This document shows, one piece after another, positions 37,876 through 64,000 of a DNA stretch of 64,000 nt. The notes beneath the pieces were generated by a model that was given only the letters and a program-made list of their open reading frames with translations, did not search any database and had not been told where the DNA came from. Position 1 is the stretch's first letter; every line of letters starts with the position of its first letter. This stretch comes from Balanoglossus misakiensis. Lineage: Eukaryota > Animalia > Hemichordata. The translations under genes were made by a program, and so were the position numbers. Location of the stretch: assembly GCA_040954595.2 (NCBI GenBank), contig CM082594.2:4139319-4203318 (forward strand). The letters are read 5' to 3'.

Positions 37876-38208
37876 TTTGTGTATCCCAGCATTCCATTCG
37901 CTGGCCCGTTATTTGCAGCGGAAGTGCGTACTGTGCATGTACCCACAATTGATGAATTACTTTTGCATGATTAATGTAATGAGTATTATAATAAAATATA
38001 TTAGTGCATTAATATGTTGGGATTTCAAGTGATTCAGGTACTACAAGCGGTGTTTTACTCCCGGATTTTACTCTTCTTCATGCTACCAGCCCCCGTTTTG
38101 GAATAATGGAATAAGCCAGCCCATTTCCTGATAGAATCTCCAGCAGGAAGCTGAACCAGTACATCTACAAGCATCGAGCTTTGTCTGATGCCTGAAGTCT
38201 GAATTTGA
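37876..38208. promoter_or_regulatory. Bidirectional promoter region between NGDN and EMC4
   Basis: The divergent start codons are ~335 bp apart. Motifs: YY1-like AAAATGGC over the NGDN ATG, ZNF143-like TCCCAGCATTCC (~37884), and ETS/GABP CGGAAGTG (~37918-37925). Confidence 0.6.
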
Positions 38209-40002
38209 ATGATGGCAAGTGGTATCATACCCAGAGGTAGACGCCATAAATGGAGCATAGACTTCACTAGCAGGTAGTGTAAACGATTGGCCGGCCTGGC
38301 TGCCAATCCGACAGGCGATTGTTGGTTGTGAACTTGTGTTGTGTATCTTGATATGTACATCGTACATCACTGCAATGTACATAACATAGTACATCCAAAG
38401 TGAATGAGATTGGAATCAACTTCACAAACCAATTACACAAGTGTGATAACATTTAGATCAACATGAACGTTCGAAGCCAGATGGGAACGACAGTAATCAA
38501 AGACCCTCAAACACACAGGCATCGGAATCAGGGTACCCAGCAGTGTAAGTCCGACGCCTGTGATAAATTGTATAAACTTTCCTTAATCTGGCAAGTGCCC
38601 CCTTCGGCCCTTAATCCATTCCAAATTATGTTTGATACACAGGTCACGGGGTGAAAGGCAACTACAGAGTCAAACAGAACTGCCCTCACCAATAGGATAC
38701 CATGAAAGACAAAGTCAAATATCAGATGTTGCTACACAAGACACAGAAGCATCACTTGTTGTCAAAGTAAGAGACTTTGTCCTTAAGTCATATTTGATAA
38801 AGGGGATCTCTTTCAGTACTTACATCATTATCATGTATCAATCATCATCATCATCATCATCATCTCACAATCGTGCTGTTATGTAAATACTCAAGTACTG
38901 GATCAGCATTTTCTGAGAAGAACACTTTCATATTTGGATAGCGTCATACCACTGTGAATGGTTTATGTAGTGTCAAATAATACTGAATTATCGTTGTCTG
39001 ACAGAAATCCTGGGATGTAGCTCTGGGACCACTCAAGCAATTACCCATGAACCTCTTCATCATGTGGATGTCTGGCAACTCTATCTCAATATTTCCCATC
39101 ATGATGGTGTGTATGATGCTTTGGAGACCTGTGCAAGCGTTGATGGCTATCGGAAAAAGTGAGTGCCGTATTTCTTCTGGTAGAGGCCCAGTCTCAGCCA
39201 AGAGCCAATCCTTATGAATGTCTTACGAATGAGGTTATGGTATATCCTGTTTAAGAGCCTGGGCCATTGCCCAATTTTCACCCAATAGATCTTTTTTAAC
39301 TAAACCTTTCACTGGTCTGACAGAAGTAAGAAATATTTACAAAACTGTATACTCACCATGTTTACTTTTGAATTCAAAGTTGTACTTTCTACCAGAGCCT
39401 ACCGTGTACTCCGCAAGTGAGCCAAAGTCGTGATTTTGAATCAGAGAGTAACTGGAAATCCTTATTTCATTGCAGCATTTAAAATACTGGATGAGAGCCC
39501 CCAGTCCTTGGTTCAAAAAGTGGCATATTTCTTCGGAAACTTAGCCGGTGTTGGTTTAGCTGCTTACAAATGTTCCTCCATGGGATTACTGCCGACGCAC
39601 GCATCAGATTGGATTTCATTCTTGCAGCCACAGGAAGTAAGTGGATGACCTCGCAAACTCATAGAACCACCATTGTAATAATATGAAAATGTTTTTGCTC
39701 TCAATTATTGAACTTCCATTTTACCTACAAATCCATTACACTATCAAATCATTCCCAGAGAAGGGCGTTTCTTGTCCCAATACTCCTGGAATATCAATTC
39801 TTCCTACCTTAAATAGGTTTTAAGCTACCTAAGTGAGTGATGAAAATCTCATATGGTCGACACAATTTCAAGATGGCCGAATTTCAAGATGGCAAGTGCA
39901 TGTAAAACATTGGCTGTGTGTAGTGTCAAATTGTGACTAACTACTGTTTATTTGTTTTTATTTTGTCAGCGACAAGAATACGGCGGTGGAGTTCTGATGT
40001 AA
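38209..40002 (+). CDS. EMC4: ER membrane protein complex subunit 4 (TMEM85), ~178 aa, 5 exons
   Basis: Exons 38209(or 38212)-38273, 38643-38766, 39005-39158, 39476-39636, 39970-40002. Peptides: [70 protein letters not shown] at ~40187. Confidence 0.94.
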
Positions 40003-40264
40003 AGTTGGTACATGGTTGCAGTTGAAAAAAGGAAGAAATTGATCTCAAAATTATGTATATATTCACTAGACATCATGAGCCATGACCACCACACGCAACT
40101 GTACATCTGGTGTGTCGAGGTGCCAGCCATCAGTGTTGCAAAGTGTAATTCAGTTGGAACTTACTTTTAGATACTTTTATGTGCAAAATAAATCTGGTAA
40201 CAAACCTTTTTGACAACTTTGACATGACTCTGTCTAGATGCATATTTACAGCAGTAAACCGATT

Positions 40265-40398
40265 TCTCCACACACAGACTATACATTGATACCTTCAACC
40301 TAGCTAAGGAGTACTATACATTGATACTTTCAACCTAGCTAAGGAGTCAGACTCCTTAGCTAGGTTAAAATTATCCAGACCAGTCTCTGTATGGAGAA
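40265..40398. repeat. Hairpin element with a perfect 17-bp inverted repeat and a ~34-bp tandem duplication
   Basis: AACCTAGCTAAGGAGTC-A-GACTCCTTAGCTAGGTT at 40332-40366. Outer arms CTCCACACACAGACT / AGTCTCTGTATGGAG. Confidence 0.7.
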
Positions 40399-43300
40399 GC
40401 AAACCCAGAGATCACGACCTTTAACCCTTCAAACACGTCTTTGAATAAAACTAATGAATATAAGAAGTCACCAGAAGGTCAGAGTGCAAAGGGTCAAACA
40501 ACAGAGAAGATACAGGTTGTCAAAAGTCACTTTTATTGGGTTCAATTTGTCCCTGAAAAATAACTGTTTACAAATTACAGTCATAATAAATACAGTGCTA
40601 GGGGATACCAATAAACCAGTTAATACAGTACTAGGGGGTACCAGAAACTGGCAAAAATAATGACAATATCAACTACCATAGCTAAGAAACGTCGTCGTCA
40701 GAATATAATATTAGATTTTTTTTAGTAGAGTGCAAAATATGATCACCAACACTGCTAAATGTTCATTGTACAGTTTATATACAAAGAAATGTTGAAATTT
40801 CTGATCAATTGGTTCCACCTACCACTGGGATTGGCAATGTCTTCGAAAAACTCAACCACACTTTGCGTACAGAGAATATGGGCAATGGTAAAAGCAGGCC
40901 ACTGTAATACATGCTGTGTGTTCCACTTTTTTACAAAGCAGTCAAAACAAGGGTCTTCTTGGCATACACACACTAAATATGTTAACAGAAGCATGCAAGC
41001 AAAACAGCATGCACCGTCGAAAATTATGAAATTTTCAAATCTGATACAGACTCAGCAGGCCACATGCACCGGTTCAGACAAAAACGAACCTAAAAAAACG
41101 GCAAAGTGAAACTGAGCTTTTCTTCGTCCTTTAAAAATCACTCAACATTTCTCACAGCAATTGATCACTCAAGTATATTCAATTTACTAAATTTAAAAAA
41201 AAAGTTGCAAATTCTATTTTCTCCCATTTATTTATATATATAATAATTTTTTTCCACTTTTTTTTTTAATAGTCCTGGATGAAAATCTGTCTAGGTTTAT
41301 AAACAAAGGCAACACGTCACATCATAAAGAAAGAAAAGACGGAGCAAACAACATGCGTGGAAACACTCGATAAAACATCTGTGGATATTCCCCATGTTGT
41401 TCATGTAAATTTCTACAATCAATCTGACGCAATCGATGAATCATACTTTTTTTCATCTGGTGAGTGCACTTGGTGTTAGCACTTAAAAGCGCCTAGCTCG
41501 TCTCACACGCATGTTCCAGCTGTAGCCGCTGGTTACAGACGTTTAGTGAACAGTCAATCCCATAAGGCAGTGCTCTGTCCTAGCAACAGACAAGATGGCG
41601 GCGACCACAATCTGTGTCGGAGATCGGGAAAAAGACACCAGCTTGGGTGAAAAGGAGGGACAAAACCAGAATCTACTTATAGGGTGCGCATGAAATATGG
41701 AAGAAAGCGAAGGCAGTCCACTATTTGAATGCACCGAACGGAAAATTTGCTGGGAAGTTATGCACATGCACATTGCCTTTAACTTTGGCCGAGTCAGTCA
41801 GTGTGATCAATGTAACATCTACGTCAATTAATAGGACAGTCAAACAACATAGTCTTAAAAATAGCACCACTGACTCGTATAGTAAGTTGATTTTTTTGAT
41901 AAATCTACAGAGTTAAGAAAAACAAACGTGTCCAACAGTTACTGTTTTTTTTATAAAAAAAACCACAGCGGTAGTGTTGGCGTGAATGTATGAAACCAAC
42001 CGACGGGTGAAATCGAGGCCAGCGAACTCTCGCGACTTGGTCTGTCTTGATCACCTGCAGTTCAGAGGCTTGTGTGCTTCGGTTTATACGCGGAAGGTTC
42101 TTGTGAGCGGTTTTGATTCCAGTGAAACGCTGCCATGTTGTGGGGCTATAGGTATCTGCATCGGTGAGCCTTATACAGTGATTTCTGACGCGACATGTCC
42201 AAGCTTTTGCCCACTGTAAACTGGCATCCAGAAAGCACAAACACATTGAAACTCCAACGCACAAATTTGCAGCAATATCTGATTCGGTGAAAAAAAAGTA
42301 CCGGTACGGCCTTTAATTAACATTACTGCAACATAAACACATTTGTGCCAGTTGTTCATTCTTCCCCCCCCCCCCCATCATTTTTGTTTACTTTCAAAGA
42401 TCTGCAATATCATCGCTATGACAACTGCTACTGGTAACAACCATGTCTTGTTCCATTGATACGAACTTAAATATTTTACAAATCATTGTCTGATGCGCAC
42501 TGTTGGAGCAAATCTATCAGAATCCTTTAAAAATTTCGGAAATATGTACATTACATATTACTCTATATGCATATGAATGACAAAGTGACATCTATCCAAT
42601 TGCCATTAATTACCAAAACAATCATAATGCTCTCAGTGAAAATTGTTTACTTTCCATCAACACTTGCAAATTGCAATACATCAATCTTTGTCAATGGTAA
42701 AATACTTGCTTCCTGTTTTTAAAAATTACAAATCGACAATTCATTTTTTGCATATTATTCATAAACACACAATATCAAATAAAACCCGCTGCTTTTCAAC
42801 CCAATGTTAAGCTTAAATAATTAATGGACTCCAAAATTTGGTGAGGTATGTCGGGATCAGCAAACAGCTACAAATGAAAGTGCGACACACACAAAAACAG
42901 TTCTAGGGCTGTCCGAATCTGAGTCAAGGTTGTGACAACTGATTAGAATTCAATATTTTTCTTTTGTGAAGTCTTTTTTTGTGTACAAAACTGAAAATGG
43001 ATAAAAGCTATCAGCATAAGAACAACACCCTGTTTCATTGGTACGCAGATGAAAAATCTGTAGAAAACAATATTCGTAAAGGGGTACTTGTCGGTGTTCA
43101 TTTTGAGACGTATCCCAGTGTAGATATGGTCAGTCAGTGCATGAGTTGTCACATCAGCAATGACATGTCTTAATGTATAACTGAAAGGTCACGTGGGGAC
43201 CATGGTACTTTAAATATGTGGACTTTGACTTTGGGTCAAACTATGGTGAAAGGGTTAAACGTCACCTGCAAAGTTTATAACGAAAGCAACACCACTGCAA

Positions 43301-44412
43301 AAATTCTGCCACCTTGAAAGCTGCTGATGTATGTTTAACAATTCAGTTTCATTTTCATATCGTCAAAAATCCGTTCTCTTTGCAAAATGTACAGAAAAAT
43401 CTGATTGGTTACTCATGGTCAGGTTGTCGTTAGAGGGCGCTGTTCAGTTCAGGTGAAATGGTTGGCTCGCACAGGTTTCACCGGCCATAGACAGTCTATG
43501 GTTTCACACAAGCAAATACAGCCCCCAACAGACGTGACAAGATATTACAGATGAGGTAGGCCTAATAAATATGACAGCTATCATGACAATTCCTTCAAAA
43601 TTAGCACTCCAATGATATCAAATGATGACCAAAAATGTGCGGGGTTTTTTGTTGTTGCTGAAAAATAAGGTTGTCTTTTAAAACCTAGGCTGCGCAAACA
43701 CTACTATTTGTCAGATGAAAACCCCCAAATGAACCTGTATTTGGATTCAGATTTCTACCCTGTGGTAAAATCTTAGTGCAGTGGTTATTAAAATTACTAA
43801 ACACTGATGCAGGGTCGCACAAGAAAAATTACAATGTACAGTTTCTGTGATTGTGGGACACGTTTGGTTTGTGCAGAGTCAGAGTTTCATTTCTCCTTGC
43901 AAGATTCCCTGTGGTGCGATTGGTTTCATATATTCACTACATCCGAAGTCAAAACTGTGCAGACCGACTAATTGGTATACACTCTACCACCTGAATGCTA
44001 GCCGATACCAATTTAATTCATAAAGTCTGCAAGAAAAGACAAGATGTAAAAAAATAATTAACTTTAGCTCCATGAAGAATTACTATACACCAGTGTCTCA
44101 GGGACATGATCACAAGTCAAAATGTTTGTCCACATATTTGTTGCCCTAACCTTGGCAAAGGGGTATTGCATGATGTATTCAGACTTGACTACACCTTGTC
44201 TCCTTCTGGTCTGACCCCTTAACCCCCATTTCTCTGTATAGAGGTCCAATTTTATCATAGAAATCAATGGATTTGGACCAAACCATGGTGGTGAAAAGGT
44301 TAAAGCCCACCTTTCTGGTTGTGTTTCTCATTAACATTCGCCCTATGGTCAGAGAACATGAGTGTACTACAGCTACAAACTTCTTCTATTTACCTGAATT
44401 GGTTCTAAACTG

Positions 44413-59738
<15,326 letters not shown>

Positions 59739-59825
59739 CTAGTTCTAGGATATAGGGTGTGTCAACAGATTGGAACAGGCAAAAACAGCACAGCCGTATG
59801 CCAGCCAATAATACAAACATATTTA

Positions 59826-60031
59826 CTGTAAAACACTTTATTTTCGCGAGTTGAAATTTTCACAATATCGAGAGAAGCCACTGTTTCGCGAGTATTAATT
59901 TTCGCGTTCTCTTATTTCATTCACTGCATCGCTATCTCAAAAAAAATTACGCGACTTTTTATTTTCGTGCTATTTTGGCTCTCGCGTATTTCGCGAAAAT
60001 TTATTGCTCGCGAAAATAAAGTGTTTTACAG
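59826..60031. mobile_element. TA-flanked CGCG-rich MITE, intact copy
   Basis: Perfect 25-bp TIR CTGTAAAACACTTTATTTTCGCGAG, with TA on both sides. Confidence 0.88.
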
Positions 60032-62306
60032 TATTTTATTTTAATCAGAATACCGGTACAGTCCGCATGATGATACATGTATAATATATATCATAGTCTA
60101 TATTTAGTGCAGTAAACAAAATCCCCAATTTACACGCTCGGGCAAATGACACTGTTTGTTACACAAGAGAAATGCTATACCCTGGTACATGCAGCTTTGG
60201 TAAAACTAATTACCACTGGTAGCATATGGAATTATGGGGGCTCAAGTCAATCTTTATACGTGTGTCACAGACAACTAATTATTTGATGAATTGAATAAAT
60301 TATACTATATGTACATATTTATTAATCCATAACAAATCATATGTCAATTTAATGTTTTTCCCTTTATTATGGAGTCTGTTTCTATAGTGACCTCACCCAT
60401 TTCTGAAATGACCTTGACCCTTTTCTTTATCACTCTGCAATAGTTTCACCCGATCGCTTTCCCCCGGAAGGTCAGGCCAGCATGAACTGAAACTGTTGTG
60501 TGGTTCGGATTACGTTTATGTCTCATTTGAAATCCCAGAAAGTGAAACGGAGAGTTGCCACAGCACATCACATTGCATCACAGCACATCACATTGCATCA
60601 CATCACATTACAATGCAACAGAAGATTTGCTTCACACACTGACAGACTTGGAAGTTTATAACCTTAACAAGCAAAAAAGTACAGGATAGTAACACATTCA
60701 GTCCTATAAACTTTTGCGGGCAATGCTACGACAGCAAGGAAGTCAGGCATTCCTAATCATCTTGGAATGTAGCGGATACAATATGAGTACATGAAACGCA
60801 AAAACTTGTAAGACATGTTTGATCAACTTATTAGTCTACGAGTACGAGTGAGAATAACATTTCATATACTTTTTGCTGCTTTGATACTTGGCTGGCTGTG
60901 TAAGACATCTACTAATTAGTTCGGAATATACATAATCTTAAGTTTCACCTATTTCCTGCATTAGACCCTCATCCTGAATTATCGTTTTCATTTGGCCATG
61001 CGAAACTGTACAGTACAACAATAGTCCTTGACTTGTAATTGGGATAAAAGGATTAATTTGCAAGAAGAAAAGATGCCCATTAAAATTTGTTTCGCGGTCA
61101 CGGCAAATACGTTACCATGCTCGGGTTCAGTGAAATGAACGCACTGCAGAAATCAACAACCTTATGACAGCATCAACAGAAGAAGACTAGTTTACAAACA
61201 AATCGTGATGCCAATGACCTCTAGTGTACAGATATACAAAAGACTGCAATCAAATGATTGCAAGTTCCACCTCGTTTGATATACACCAACCAACCTGTCA
61301 GTGTCACACAGACTGCCGATGCTAAACAATGTGTATTTTTGTTCCACGGTCATAGCCTCATATATATTAGCAGCATATGTGAAAGCAGAACTTTGCAAAT
61401 GGAACCTATACAGTACGCAACAAATGAAAATGGAGAAATACCAATATTCCTTCAGGCAGTATAGTGGGATTTTATAGGCTAGCTGTGCATAGTGCACTTG
61501 CACAAATATTGTGCACTGCATGAAGTCCACCATATAAAGTCAATCCACAGTTAAACCTGGTGACTCCCATTAACTTTCCACCCCCTGCGGATAATCCACA
61601 CCACCGATGACCTCAAGATGAACCCGGCTGGTTGCCACTGGTTGACCCGATGTTATGACTGACTCACAAAAAGGAAAACAAGCTCTCGCCAGAATGGACT
61701 GAGGCAGTGCGCATTGATGTGTGTGGAACGCCGTTTCTTCTGTGACACAATGAATACAATCAATGCACTCAACTCAGCTCAGCTGTTGCGATGCACTTTC
61801 CCGACTCGTGCGCGAGGTACAAAAATAACAAATCTGTACAAACATTTCTCTCTCTGCCTCTCTCTTCTCCATATCTGACACTATCACAAATTCCTCTTCA
61901 TCAATTCTGGACTGAAGACATCTTTACTGCAAATCGTATACATTAAAGGTATACGATCACCTCCAATTTACATACGTCCATATATGGCTGAAATGGAGTA
62001 TTTGGCGCTCTTTTTTTCGCGTGTGCCACTGCCACCCACTGAAAATCTGTGATTGGCTAGATCTCAATTTGTCATGGTAACTATAGCTAATTTTCCATAG
62101 GTGACCGTAAACCTTTAGGCCATACACATTAGAATAATTGTTTTTAAATTGCATGATTGTGTACCCATGTCAAATCTGTGAGAAATATCGGCCATACATC
62201 CTTTCAGGCTTTTACTGTCAACTCAAGTACAAAGACAAAATGTGAAAAATTTCAATGCTCAGAACAGTAAGCTATGGGGTAACAAGTTTCAATATCATGT
62301 AAAGTA

Positions 62307-62466
62307 CCGTAAAACACTTTATTTTCGCGAGTTGAAATTTTCGCGATATCGAGAGAGGCGACTGTTTCGCGAGTATTAATTTTTAGCAACTTTTTATTTT
62401 CACGCTATTTTGGCTCTCGCGTATTTCGCGAAAATTCATTGCTCGCGAAAATAAAGTGTTTTACAG
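62307..62466. mobile_element. TA-flanked CGCG-rich MITE, internally deleted
   Basis: TA|CCGTAAAACACTTTATTTTCGCGAG...CTCGCGAAAATAAAGTGTTTTACAG|TA. Confidence 0.85.
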
Positions 62467-62989
62467 TATATACCATATTCAATGTATTTTTAGTAACACC
62501 CATTGCCTGGAACTGGAAGTAATATAAGTATGCGCTTATTATTTATAACTGTTCAAGGATTCCAGGCCTGACCTGGTTTTTGCCCACAGTTCAAATATTA
62601 CTGACATTTCAATTATTTAACCTGCAGTATTTAGATTATTGCTGACATAAATCTATCTGATTAGATAAATGGAGTTCAATCAATATTTACTTTCACTTAT
62701 TTGTATTTAGCTGGCAGCTACTTTTCACTGTAAAAGATATTAAATTGCGTGATATTTGTTTCTGTTGACGTCAGAGTCTGCGATGACCGAAGCTGTTTTG
62801 ATTGTGTGTCATGTCGCAGAGCAAAAATAGGTAGCATAGAATGAGCTGGCATGACTGTGTATTTCACTGAAAGTAAGGCCGGGTCATTCTTTTCATAACT
62901 ATAAATGGGTTGTCAGTCTCATATGTTGAATCATGGAGGTCACATCTCAACCATAGCAGTGGGTGTATCTTACATGATTCACCACATAG

Positions 62990-63445
62990 GAGTGTGTTTC
63001 ACAGATATCTGCCATACACCATACAATGGTGAGTCTCATACATGTATCTGCCATATACTTGTAAGTTGTAGACTACTAGAGCAAGTCTCACAGATATCTG
63101 CCATATAGCTGCAAGAATCTAACAGATACATGTATCTGCCATGTAGCAATGTGGAGAATCTCACAGATATCAGTCACACAGTGGTTAGTCTCATATCTGC
63201 CATATACTAGTAATAGAATAGAGCAAGTCACACAGATATCTGCCATATGGCCGCGGGAATCTAATAGATATCTGCCATATAGCAGTGTGAGTCTTGCAGA
63301 TATCTGTCACACAGTGGTGATTTTCATACAAGCTACCATAGAGCAATTAAGTCACACAGATATCTGCCATATAGCTGTGGGAATCTTACAGATATCTCAA
63401 TCTGCCATATAGCAGTGTGGGTCTCACAGATATCTATCACACTGT
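62990..63445. repeat. Degenerate ~30-bp minisatellite
   Basis: Recurring CACAGATATCTGCCATATAGC...GAGTCT units. Confidence 0.8.
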
Positions 63446-64000
63446 GGTGAGTCTTATAATCGCCATACATAGAGTTATCTACACCCTGTGTTTTGTTCGA
63501 CAAGCCACAACAAAGCTGTGGAGCTGATACTGGGCTCACCACAATTATACCCTCACTATTCATGCATTCAAATGTTGTATAATCACCCATATTATTTCCA
63601 TTTGCTTGTTTTGTTTATTAAATATAATTGCGACCACCAACTATAATATTAAAGATTATGCAATAAAATCTGTAACAAGTGTATGTGTCTATAAAATTGA
63701 CAAATCAATTTTGCTGGTGATACAGTAATATAAAAATTAAGCCTCAAATCAGAGTATCTACCATGGCAACTTAATAATGTTCACATATATATTGGCAAGC
63801 TGAAGCACTTTTATTATTCACCAATAATAATTTTGTCCTATTAGTTTTTTTTAGTATTTCATTATATTACATTACATAATACCTCACAAGATTGATTAGT
63901 AATAATACTACATGTAGAGTAATGAATACACATTTTAAGTCACTTGAAATCTCCCCAAACTGTCTTGTGAAATTGATACATTGGTATTAACTAAATTGCA

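Noticed and set aside
39351-39360. Minus-strand ATG|GTGAGT as the NGDN first exon, nested in EMC4
   Set aside because: A better first exon (MAAHSATEVRNNP|GTAAGT, 37837-37875) lies at the promoter motifs.

Overview
AT-rich, intron-rich animal genomic DNA, probably from an invertebrate deuterostome (inferred, not proven). It is not prokaryotic, so most ORF-track entries are exon fragments or artefacts. The window opens with about 7.1 kb of an 88-bp tandem satellite showing higher-order structure. Six spliced genes follow, which I assembled by hand from GT-AG junctions with consistent phases: NUP93 (-, 19 coding exons), CHMP4/Snf7 (-, 5), an orphan class A GPCR (-, 3), NGDN (-, 12), EMC4 (+, 5, head-to-head with NGDN) and RANBP9/10 (-, 11 exons seen, first exon beyond the window). 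Introns carry several non-autonomous DNA transposon families (TA- and TTAA-flanked MITEs), a tRNA-derived SINE, LINE 3' ends and microsatellites. The best unannotated signal is a pair of ~123-nt box C/D snoRNA-like elements in two NUP93 introns. Each has a perfect 12-nt complement to U6 snRNA, and they resemble SNORD23 as I recall it. All homology calls come from recognising sequence from memory; no database search was run.
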